43,350 bases of DNA from NCBI GenBank assembly GCA_017610405.1, contig JAFCCD010000004.1, forward strand, positions 1 to 43,350, read 5' to 3'. How positions within the stretch are numbered: the first letter of the stretch is position 1; each line of letters opens with the position of its first letter. Below, piece by piece: positions 30,854-39,312 of this stretch. The position numbers and the translations under genes are program-made. This stretch comes from Nanobdellota archaeon. Lineage in GTDB: Archaea; Nanobdellota; Nanobdellia; Pacearchaeales; GW2011-AR1. The notes under the pieces are model-generated. The model ran no database searches, had not been told where the DNA came from, and worked only from the letters and a program-made list of their open reading frames with translations.

Positions 30854-31771
30854 ATGAAAAAAATAAAACCTATAAAAATAAAAAAGGAAATGAAAGTTTC
30901 TGAGCTACTTGAAGAGATGAGTATGGCTGGTTTTGGTGCTAGGAAAATAGGGGGTGCTCTTAAAATAATGAAAAAAATGTTGTCTGATGACCAATGTAAG
31001 GTTTTTTTAGGTCTTGCAGGAGCAATGGTGCCTGCAGGAATGAAGGAAATTATTATAGATATGTTAAAACAGGAAAAAATCTCTATTTTTGTGACTACTG
31101 GGGCAAATTTAACTCATGATTTAATAGAGGCATTAGGAGGAGCACATTATTCTTGTGATGTTTGGAATGATGTTGATTTTTCTAAAAAAGGATTTGATCG
31201 AATTCATAATGTTTTTATGAAGAATGAAGTCTATGAAAAACTTGAAGAATTTTTTGAAGAAAATTGGGAAAAATTTCAAAATTCAAAAAATATAAGGGAT
31301 TTTTTAGAAAAAATAGGAAAATCTCTTCCAGAAGGAAGTAATAGCATTTTAAGAACTTGTTATGAGAAAAAAATTCCTTTATTTTGTCCCGGAATTTCTG
31401 ATTCTGGAATCGGACTTATGGTTTGGGGGAGAACTATTGCTGGGAAGAAAATTCAGATAGATGTTTTTGATGATATGAAGGAAATTATTGATATTGCGTG
31501 GAGTTCAAAAAAAAGTGGAGTTATTTACATTGGTGGCGGGTTTCCAAAAAATTTTATCCAACAAAGTTTACAATTTTCCAAAGGAGCAACTTATGGTATT
31601 CAAATAACTACTGACAGGCCTGAACCTGGGGGAAGTTCTGGGGCCCCTCTTGAAGAAGGAATTTCTTGGGGAAAGATGAAGCAAGAAGCAAAAAAAGAAG
31701 AAGATTATATAGATGTTTTTTGTGACGCAACAATTGCTCTTCCGTTGCTCTGGGCAGGTGTTAAATCCTAA
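30854..31771 (+). CDS. dys: Deoxyhypusine synthase
   Basis: 305 aa. GLAGAMVPAGMK, FVTTGANLTHDLIEALGG.HY, IYIGGGFPKNF, GGSSGAPLEEGISWGK. Confidence 0.9.
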   Translation: MKKIKPIKIKKEMKVSELLEEMSMAGFGARKIGGALKIMKKMLSDDQCKVFLGLAGAMVPAGMKEIIIDMLKQEKISIFVTTGANLTHDLIEALGGAHYSCDVWNDVDFSKKGFDRIHNVFMKNEVYEKLEEFFEENWEKFQNSKNIRDFLEKIGKSLPEGSNSILRTCYEKKIPLFCPGISDSGIGLMVWGRTIAGKKIQIDVFDDMKEIIDIAWSSKKSGVIYIGGGFPKNFIQQSLQFSKGATYGIQITTDRPEPGGSSGAPLEEGISWGKMKQEAKKEEDYIDVFCDATIALPLLWAGVKS

Positions 31772-31824
31772 TTTTCATTATTTTTTAGATAAAAGTTTAT
31801 ATAGATTTGATATTTTTTATTTTT

Positions 31825-32955
31825 ATGAATGAGCAAAATCCGATACAAAATATAGAACAAAAGACAAAAGAAATTTCTCAGAACAGATCTGATTTAAAGA
31901 AAAAAAAAGAAATTAAAGAAAAATTTGAAAATAAAAAAATATTAGATGTTTTGAAAATTCTTTCTCCTGGAACAGCAATAAGAACAGCTCTTAATGATAT
32001 TCTTAGGACGAAAATGGGTGCCTTAATTGCCGTGGAGAAAGAAGGACTTTTGAATGTTATTGAAGGTGGTTTTAAGATTAATTGCAAGTTTACTTCACAA
32101 AAATTAGTGGAATTAGCAAAAATGGATGGCGCAATAATTCTTTCAGAAGATTTAAGAAAAATTTTATATGCAAATATTTTGTTAACTCCAGACACAAAGA
32201 TACAAACTAAAGAAACAGGTACACGGCATAAAGCGGCAGAACGAACAGCAAAGCAAATAGGAACAATTGTTATTGCCGTCTCTGAAAGAAAAAATAAAAT
32301 TATGCTATATTTTAAGAATGAAAATCATTTTTTAGAAGAAACATCTGAAATTTTAAGAAGAGCGTCAGAGACCCTGCAAATTTTAGAAAAGCAGAAAGAT
32401 GTTTTCGATGATCTTTTTTCTCATTTGAATGTTCTTGAAATAACAAATCTTACAACTATGGATGATGTTTGTAATGTTTTACAAACTCTTGAAATAATAA
32501 GAAGAATCTCAGAGAATGTTAAAAAAGATTTAGTTGAGCTTGGAAAAGGAGGGATTATTGTAAGTATGAGACTAAAGGAACTTACTAAAGGTTTGAATAA
32601 GGAAAGAGAGAGTATTCTTAAAGATTATTTTAATCAAAAGTATTCAAAAATAGATGAGATTTTGAGAAGCATGAATTTTGATTTTCTTATTGAAACTTCA
32701 AATGTGTTGAGGGTGCTTTTTGGAGAACTTCATGATAATTCTATATCTTCTAAAGGTACAAGAATTTTAAATAAGACAAATCTACTTCCAAAAGACATAA
32801 AAATTCTTTCCAAAAATTTCAAAACTCTTGATGATATATTTAATCTTGATAAGGAATCCTTAAAACCGCTTTTTAAAAATGAGGGTTTTATTGATTCTCT
32901 TTTGGATGAAATAAAAAAGTTAAAAGAAAAAATACTCATGGGTAAAAAAATTTGA
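31825..32955 (+). CDS. disA: DisA-type diadenylate cyclase (DNA integrity scanning protein homologue)
   Basis: DAC domain: LSPGTAIRTALNDIL....GALIAV, MDGAIILSEDL.KILYANILL.P, ETGTRHKAAERTAKQIGTIVIAVSERKN. Helical linker and a C-terminal HhH-like region (GTRILNKTNLLPKDI..LSKNFKTLDDIF). ATG 31825 is preferred over the track's TTG 31807. Confidence 0.8.
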   Translation: MNEQNPIQNIEQKTKEISQNRSDLKKKKEIKEKFENKKILDVLKILSPGTAIRTALNDILRTKMGALIAVEKEGLLNVIEGGFKINCKFTSQKLVELAKMDGAIILSEDLRKILYANILLTPDTKIQTKETGTRHKAAERTAKQIGTIVIAVSERKNKIMLYFKNENHFLEETSEILRRASETLQILEKQKDVFDDLFSHLNVLEITNLTTMDDVCNVLQTLEIIRRISENVKKDLVELGKGGIIVSMRLKELTKGLNKERESILKDYFNQKYSKIDEILRSMNFDFLIETSNVLRVLFGELHDNSISSKGTRILNKTNLLPKDIKILSKNFKTLDDIFNLDKESLKPLFKNEGFIDSLLDEIKKLKEKILMGKKI

Positions 32956-33015
32956 TTTTGAAGATTATGATATAATACAATAATCTTTATATTTATTCTA
33001 ATGATTTAAAATTCC

Positions 33016-33487
33016 ATGAATAACGAAAAAAAAAGCTATACAAGAAAAAGTAAGACAATTAACAGAAGTTATAAAAGGTACATTATCGACTCAAGAATTA
33101 TCCAATATAATAACTCAAAGGAGAGTAAATTGGGTCAGGGAACATTTACCTAAAATTTTATCCAAATATAAAGGATTGTCTTTAGAAGAGATGGCTTATA
33201 GAATAATCTTTCTTGATCATATGAAAATTAATCCAGAACATTCTTTAGTTAAGAGGGTTTCTCCGAAGAAAATAAGAATTGATTCTTATAATTTTTGTCC
33301 TTATTTAGAGGCTTGCGTACAATTAGGACTAGAAACAAAATTTGTATGCAAACAGATAAATGAACAATCAATTCAAAAAATGGTAGAAATGATTCATCCT
33401 AATTTAAAGTTTAGTAGAAATTATTCTAATATTAGACCATTTAACAAACATTTTTGTGAGGAATATATAGAATTAGTGGATTCCTAA
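33016..33487 (+). CDS. ATC-hydrolase-like small Cys-containing protein; apparent +1 frame break in an A9 tract near the 5' end
   Basis: The track ORF (33176-33487) starts at TTG, but its frame is open back to 33020. ATG 33016 is one frame off and joins it if the A9 run at 33026-33034 were A8. C-terminal FCPYLEACVQLGLETKFVCKQ...FCEEYIEL resembles the L-2-amino-thiazoline-4-carboxylate hydrolase family. Confidence 0.45.
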
Positions 33488-33531
33488 ATTATTTAATCAA
33501 AATTTAAATACTTTATTTCTTATTTTAAATA

Positions 33532-34578
33532 ATGCTAACAAAAAAACAAGTAAAAGAAATTAAAGTCCATTTGAATAAGGCTCAAAATCCTATATTCTTT
33601 TTTGATAACGATCAAGATGGACTTTGCTCATTTCTTTTGCTTCAGAGATATTTAGGAAGAGGTAAGGGGGTTCCAATAAAATCTTATCCAGAATTACTTA
33701 AAGATTATTTTAGAAAAGTTAATGAACTTAAAGCAGATTATATTTTTATTTTGGATAAACCTCTTGTTTCTGAAGAATTTTTTAAAGAAGCAGAAAAAAT
33801 AAATATTCCTGTAGTATGGATAGACCATCATATTAATGATAAAAAACCAGTTCCTTCTTTTGTTAATTATTATAACCCCCTGAAAAACAGATCAAAAAGC
33901 TCAGAACCAGTTACAGCACTTTGTTACCAAATAACAAATAAGAAAGAAGATATGTGGATGGCAGTTATAGGATGTATCTCTGATAAATTTACTCCTTTGT
34001 TTTATGATGAGTTTATGAAAAAATATCCTGATCTTTCTGGTGAATCAAAACAAGCACTTGATATTTATTACAAATCCCAAATAGGAAAAATTGCGCAAAT
34101 TTTTAGCTTTGCACTGAAAGATAGGATAACTAATGTAATAAATATGATAAAATTTTTAATGAAGGTTAGAACCCCTTATGAAATTTTAGAAGAAAATAGT
34201 AAAAATTATTCTTTACACCATAGATTTAGACAGATAGAATCAAAATATCAGAAATTATTTCAAAAAGCAGTTTCTATAGAAAAGAAACAAGAAAAAATAC
34301 TTTTTTTTCAGTACGGTGGAGATTTGAGTATAAGTTCAGATCTTGCAAACAAATTAAGTTACTTTTTTCCTGAAAAGATTGTGGTTGTGGCTTATATTAA
34401 AGGAGCAAAAGTAAATATTTCTATGAGGGGGACAAAATCCCGAGACCTACTTTTAAAATCAATTAAGGATTTTGATGATGCTTTTGGGGGAGGTCATGAA
34501 AATGCTGCTGGAAGCCAAATTAAGATTGAAGATTTAGAGATTTTTAAAAAGAATCTAAAGAAATTTAATAGCTCTTAG
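33532..34578 (+). CDS. DHH/DHHA1 family phosphoesterase (NrnA/RecJ-like)
   Basis: 348 aa. Motif I FDNDQDGLCS, motif III VWIDHHIND, DHHA1 motif GGGHENAAGSQI. Confidence 0.8.
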   Translation: MLTKKQVKEIKVHLNKAQNPIFFFDNDQDGLCSFLLLQRYLGRGKGVPIKSYPELLKDYFRKVNELKADYIFILDKPLVSEEFFKEAEKINIPVVWIDHHINDKKPVPSFVNYYNPLKNRSKSSEPVTALCYQITNKKEDMWMAVIGCISDKFTPLFYDEFMKKYPDLSGESKQALDIYYKSQIGKIAQIFSFALKDRITNVINMIKFLMKVRTPYEILEENSKNYSLHHRFRQIESKYQKLFQKAVSIEKKQEKILFFQYGGDLSISSDLANKLSYFFPEKIVVVAYIKGAKVNISMRGTKSRDLLLKSIKDFDDAFGGGHENAAGSQIKIEDLEIFKKNLKKFNSS

Positions 34579-36019
34579 CTATATATACAACTGCTGTAGC
34601 AGGTTTATTACAAATAACACATTTTCCTGTTGGCTTTTCTTTTTTGTTTACAAAAGTTCCCCTAATTTCTGCATTGGTTACCTTTTCTACATATTCTGCA
34701 CATTTTAATCCATTTTTATCTAATGAACACCAATTTGTCTTTGCTATTTTTCTTTCCTTAATTGTTTTTTTGATTTGTTCTTTTGTTTTGCAAATTACAA
34801 TGTTTTTTTTAAGAAAATTCTCTGCATTTTTTTTCAATCTATTATCAAATTCTTTTCCAAGTTTTGGAATGTTCTTTAATTGATTAAATTTTATTTTTTG
34901 TTTTTTATGAGTATCCCTAATATAAATTGTAAGTTCTTTATTGTTAAGCTCTTCTTTTCCAATTTCTAATCTAAAAGGAACTCCTTTTAGTTCCCATTTG
35001 TAATATTTTTCTCCAGGTCTTTTTTCAGTTTCATCAATTTTAATTCTTAGGTCTTTTAGTTTTTCTTTAATTTCTTGAGAATATTTTAAAATTTTGTTTT
35101 TATCCTTTGCTGTAAATATTGGAATAATAATTATCTGAATAGGAGAAATTGAAAAAGGAAGAACCAATCCACGATTATCTCCATGTGTTGAGATTATTGA
35201 TACTAAAATTCTTGACATTGCAGGACCGTAGGCAGTTGTCCATAAATATTTTTCTTGCCCTTTCTCGTTTTTGAATTTTGCATTGAATGCTTTTGAGAAT
35301 TTTTGACCCATTAAATGGGTAGATGGTTGTTGAATGACTTTTCCATCAGGCATTAAAACATCAGAACCAATAGTATATTCTGCACCGGCAAATTTATCCC
35401 ACTCTGGTCTTTTTAATGGGAGAAAAGGTATGCAAAATTTTTGATGCATAATATTCTCTGTAGTTTGAATATCTTCTTGAACTTGAGATTCTGCCTCTTT
35501 TTTCGTTGCAAATGCATTATGAGTTTCTATCCAATAAAATTCTCTGCCACGGATTAAAGGTCTTGTTGCTTTTGTATCATATCTAAAAACAGAACCTCTT
35601 TGATACAATTTCATTGGAAGATCTCTGTGGCTTCTTATCCATAATTTAAACATAGGTGTGTAAAGTGTTTCACTTGTAGGGCGTAAGGCAAGTTTTTCTT
35701 CTTCTTTTCCTTTTTCAAGCCAAAAAACTTCTGGTGTAAATCCTTTGATGTGGCCTGATTCTTTTTTTAGATTTGCTTCAGGAATAACAGAGGGCATAAT
35801 TGTTGGTTCATGACCTTTTTTTTGAAGTTCTTCTTCATAGAATTCATACATCTTTTCAATTAATTTTGTTCCCCAGGGTCTTATAACAACAAATCCTTTA
35901 ATTCCTAGTCTTGTGTCTAAAATTTCTGTTTTCTCAATAATTTGACTATACCATTCACTGAAATTTTTTTCTTTATTTACTGTTAGTCCTCGGTTAGATT
36001 CTTTTTCTTTTTTTTGCAT
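34565..36019 (-). CDS. proS: Prolyl-tRNA synthetase, archaeal/eukaryotic type
   Basis: 484 aa. Class II motifs (FRYDTKATRPLIRGREFYWIETH, GQKFSKAFN). C-terminal Zn-binding domain ends in Tyr (CVICNKPATAVVYIAKSY). Has a 14-nt convergent overlap with the DHH gene. Confidence 0.9.
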   Translation of the reverse strand: MQKKEKESNRGLTVNKEKNFSEWYSQIIEKTEILDTRLGIKGFVVIRPWGTKLIEKMYEFYEEELQKKGHEPTIMPSVIPEANLKKESGHIKGFTPEVFWLEKGKEEEKLALRPTSETLYTPMFKLWIRSHRDLPMKLYQRGSVFRYDTKATRPLIRGREFYWIETHNAFATKKEAESQVQEDIQTTENIMHQKFCIPFLPLKRPEWDKFAGAEYTIGSDVLMPDGKVIQQPSTHLMGQKFSKAFNAKFKNEKGQEKYLWTTAYGPAMSRILVSIISTHGDNRGLVLPFSISPIQIIIIPIFTAKDKNKILKYSQEIKEKLKDLRIKIDETEKRPGEKYYKWELKGVPFRLEIGKEELNNKELTIYIRDTHKKQKIKFNQLKNIPKLGKEFDNRLKKNAENFLKKNIVICKTKEQIKKTIKERKIAKTNWCSLDKNGLKCAEYVEKVTNAEIRGTFVNKKEKPTGKCVICNKPATAVVYIAKSY

Positions 36020-36037
36020 TTTTATTTTTAGATGTTT

Positions 36038-36454
36038 TTATATTTTATTATTTATCTTTTTTAGTTTATTTATAAGTAAAGGAATTTCTCTTAGCGCTTC
36101 TTTTACAGTTGATATTTCAATATCATTTCCATAATAATTTATTCCATTTCTTAATTTTCTATATCTATCAAACTTTAAAGAGATTTCTCTTTTCTCTAAA
36201 ATCTCATTTAAAAAAGAAGTAATTGATTCATGATTAAGAAACTTGTATCTTTTTGAGTATCCTAATGCCTCACAATATTGTCTCAAAGATTCATAAAGTT
36301 CCCGAAAAATAGTTTTAAGTGTTTCTTCTTTAATAGGAATTATTTTTGCAGTGTTTAATGCTTGTTCAGACGATTTTATCAAACTTTTGGCTCTGATTAT
36401 ATCTATTGGTACTTTCTTAACAAATCCTGCTTTTATCAAATTTTTAAAAATCAT
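36038..36454 (-). CDS. HEPN-domain protein (putative toxin of a HEPN/MNT pair)
   Basis: 138 aa, all-helical. ...YESLRQYCEALGY... and FDRYRKLRNGINYYG near the C-terminus. A 4-nt overlap with the upstream nucleotidyltransferase gene. Confidence 0.6.
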   Translation of the reverse strand: MIFKNLIKAGFVKKVPIDIIRAKSLIKSSEQALNTAKIIPIKEETLKTIFRELYESLRQYCEALGYSKRYKFLNHESITSFLNEILEKREISLKFDRYRKLRNGINYYGNDIEISTVKEALREIPLLINKLKKINNKI

Positions 36455-36984
36455 TTAAAAACCTCTAATTTTCCAGATAGGGTAATTCCATTTATGATGT
36501 TATTTAACAAATTAGGATTTTTATTCTTTGCAAAATCAAATCTTTTTCGAGAAAAGAGATGAAAAGTTATTTTTCTATTTAATTTTTTTTCAAATTCTGG
36601 ATAATTAATATTCTTTTTTATTTCTGTTAGAATAAATAAATCAATATCACTATTTGAATCATCTGTTGCATTAGCATAACTTCCAAATAAAATAATCACA
36701 GGATAATCATAATCTTTTTCAATTTGCTCTATTATTTTTGATTTTCTTAATTTTTCAAGATTAAAAAATAACTTTAAATTTAGAAATTTTTTATTTATTT
36801 GTGCTTTAAAATAATTGTATGGCTTTCCTTTTTCTACTTCAATTAAATTCTCTTTAACTAATCTTAATAGATATTGCCTTATAGTTGTGTGATTTATCTT
36901 TAACAACCTTGAAAGCTCTCTTATCTGAAAGTTGTCGTTAGGATTTTCAAAAAAAGATTTTAATATTTTATATTTTGTTTCCAT
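36451..36984 (-). CDS. Minimal nucleotidyltransferase (MNT) fused to an N-terminal wHTH
   Basis: 177 aa. FQIRELSRLLKINHTTIRQYLLRLVKENLIEV, then the NTase signature ILFGSYANATDDSNSDIDLFIL. Confidence 0.75.
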   Translation of the reverse strand: METKYKILKSFFENPNDNFQIRELSRLLKINHTTIRQYLLRLVKENLIEVEKGKPYNYFKAQINKKFLNLKLFFNLEKLRKSKIIEQIEKDYDYPVIILFGSYANATDDSNSDIDLFILTEIKKNINYPEFEKKLNRKITFHLFSRKRFDFAKNKNPNLLNNIINGITLSGKLEVFK

Positions 36985-37072
36985 CTGTTTATAATAATTT
37001 ACAGATGTTTATAAATATTTCCATGTAGGAAGAAGTGTTAAATTTTTTTGTTCTTTTACTTTGTTTTCTATT

Positions 37073-37927
37073 TTAAATTAAATCTTCTCCTTCAATCTGA
37101 TGATAAATAGTATTCACAGCTTGTTTTATATATTTTGCTTCAAGGGCAAAACCAAGACTTTCACTATCACCCCCAATTTTGAAATTGTTTATTCCTATGA
37201 CTTCTCCATTAGTGTTAATTAAGGGGCCTCCTGAATTCCCTGGATTTAATGCAGCATCTGTCTGAATATAAAAAGGGAGGTTGTTTAGACCTGTTCTGTG
37301 AACACCTGAGATAATACCTTGTGTAACTGAAAATTGCAATCCTAAAGGATTTCCTATAGCAATTACTCTCTCTCCCACCTGAACATGATTAGAATTTCCA
37401 AGTTCGAGATCTTCATAAGTTCCAGAAATTTTTAATAAGGCAATATCAAGTTCAGAATCATATCCTACTAAACCCACTTCATGGTTTTTATCGTCAGATG
37501 TTATTATTACTGCTGTTTGGGCGTTTTTCATAACATGGTAATTTGTTACAACATATCCTTTTTTATCAATTATAAATCCTGTTCCTTGACTTATATCTGT
37601 CCTGATGTTTACAATAGATAAGACAGAATTTTCTATTATTCCTGAAAAATCTTCTCCTGATGAAGCCTGTAATAAGCTAAATTCTTCTTGAAAAATTCCT
37701 AATTTAGTTTCGATTTCATGTCTGGTATTTATTATACTATCTGATAGAGAATTTATGTTTGATTGGGTTTCCATTTTAAAATAAGTTATTTCTTTATTAA
37801 GAGAACTATAATTAATCTCTTGTCTTATAAAGAGCATATAGGTGAATATACTTATGGTTATCATGAAAATTAAAACTAAGGATGTAAAACTCCCAATTAA
37901 CCATTTATGATGCCTTTTTAATGCCAT
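37073..37927 (-). CDS. Membrane-anchored HtrA/DegP-like trypsin-fold serine protease without a PDZ domain
   Basis: 284 aa. N-terminal TM. Triad contexts GTGFIIDKKGYVVTNYHV, DIALLKI and GNSGGPLIN. The ORF ends about 50 aa after the Ser. Confidence 0.8.
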   Translation of the reverse strand: MALKRHHKWLIGSFTSLVLIFMITISIFTYMLFIRQEINYSSLNKEITYFKMETQSNINSLSDSIINTRHEIETKLGIFQEEFSLLQASSGEDFSGIIENSVLSIVNIRTDISQGTGFIIDKKGYVVTNYHVMKNAQTAVIITSDDKNHEVGLVGYDSELDIALLKISGTYEDLELGNSNHVQVGERVIAIGNPLGLQFSVTQGIISGVHRTGLNNLPFYIQTDAALNPGNSGGPLINTNGEVIGINNFKIGGDSESLGFALEAKYIKQAVNTIYHQIEGEDLI

Positions 37928-38000
37928 TTTATATTATTAAAATATCAATACATAAAAATCTTTTCATTGATATTTTTTAACATATAAATTGCAAATTATT

Positions 38001-38012
38001 AAAATATAAAAA
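38001..38012 (+). promoter_or_regulatory. TATA-like element upstream of tRNA-Arg(UCG)
   Basis: AAAATATAAAAA centred about 30 nt upstream of tRNA position 1. Confidence 0.3.
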
Positions 38013-38035
38013 CTTAACTTCCCCCTTAAATTTAT

Positions 38036-38107
38036 AGGCCTGTGATGTAATGGATAACATAAACGGTTTCGGCCCGTTTTATGGGGGTTCGAATCCCTCC
38101 GGGCCTA
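38036..38107 (+). tRNA. tRNA-Arg (anticodon UCG)
   Basis: Acceptor AGGCCTG/CGGGCCT (A1:U72, one G:U); D arm ATGT/ACAT; anticodon stem AACGG/CCGTT with loop TTTCGGC; 4-nt variable loop; T arm GGGGG-TTCGAAT-CCCTC. 72 nt. Confidence 0.75.
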
Positions 38108-38144
38108 TTTTTATCCATATTTGGAATAAAAAATAAAAAAGAAG

Positions 38145-39269
38145 ATGAATAAAACAAAGAAATTTTTATCCACAGCATTTACACTTACAGGGGCGATTAT
38201 TGGTGCAGGAATATTGGGGCTTCCATATGTTTTTGCAAAATCTGGTTTTTTTATGGGTTTATTTTGGCTTGTCTTTTTAGGGATTATAGTTATTTTAGTA
38301 AATCTTTATGTTGGAGAAATTACATTAAGAACAAAGGATACCCATCAGTTACCAGGATATGCGGAAAAATATTTAGGTTTGTGGGGGAAAAGAATAATGT
38401 TCCTTGCAGTTATCTTTGGAATTTATACTGCTCTTTTGGCATATCTTATAGGAGAAGGACAAAGCCTTTCAAAACTTTTTACAGGAGGAATTGAATATTC
38501 TCTCTTGTTTGGTCTTGGTTTTTGGATTATTATGACTGTTCTTTTACAGGGCGGTTTAAAGAGGTTAAAAAATGTAGGATATTGGGGGGTTATTGCAATT
38601 ACAGTTATAATTTTCCTTGTTTTCTTTTTACTTTTACCTCAAGTAAGATTGAATAATATCACAAATGTAGATTTACCAAAAATGTTCCTTCCCTATGGAA
38701 TTGTTCTTTTTGCTTTGCTTGGTTTTAGTTCTATACCTGAATTAAGAAGAGAGGTGGGACGAGATAAAAAATTATTAAAAAAATCAATTCTTCTTGGAGC
38801 TTCGATTCCAATTGTTTTGTATTTGATATTTAGTTTTGTTTTTGTAGGTGTTTTAGGAAAAAATGTATTGGAAGTTGCAACTCTTTCTTTTGGAGGAGTA
38901 TTAGGGAACATATTGGTATTACTTGGAATATTTACTATGATGACAAGTTTTTTTGCACTTAGTTTTGCTCTTAAAGATTATTTTATATTTGATTTGAAGA
39001 AGAAAAATATTTTAGTTTTTTTTGTTTCGATTATCCCACTAATATTATATCTTTTTATCCATTTCTTTAATCTTGCAGGATTTGTGAATATTTTGGGAAT
39101 AGGAGGGGCAATTTCAGGGGGCATTACAGGAATTCTAATCCTTCTTATGAATATTAAAGCTAAGAAAAAAACAGAAAGAAAGCCAGAATATTCTATTCCT
39201 ATTAATTGGTTTATTGTGGCAATATTAAGTTTGATATTTTTAGCAGGAATCTTTTTGCAGTTATCATAA
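38145..39269 (+). CDS. Amino acid transporter (Aa_trans / aromatic amino acid permease-like)
   Basis: 374 aa, about 11 hydrophobic segments. N-terminal signature TGAIIGAGILGLPYVFAKSGF. Confidence 0.75.
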   Translation: MNKTKKFLSTAFTLTGAIIGAGILGLPYVFAKSGFFMGLFWLVFLGIIVILVNLYVGEITLRTKDTHQLPGYAEKYLGLWGKRIMFLAVIFGIYTALLAYLIGEGQSLSKLFTGGIEYSLLFGLGFWIIMTVLLQGGLKRLKNVGYWGVIAITVIIFLVFFLLLPQVRLNNITNVDLPKMFLPYGIVLFALLGFSSIPELRREVGRDKKLLKKSILLGASIPIVLYLIFSFVFVGVLGKNVLEVATLSFGGVLGNILVLLGIFTMMTSFFALSFALKDYFIFDLKKKNILVFFVSIIPLILYLFIHFFNLAGFVNILGIGGAISGGITGILILLMNIKAKKKTERKPEYSIPINWFIVAILSLIFLAGIFLQLS

Positions 39270-39312
39270 TTTTATCAAATAGATTTTTATATTCTAATCT
39301 TTTTAATTTTAT

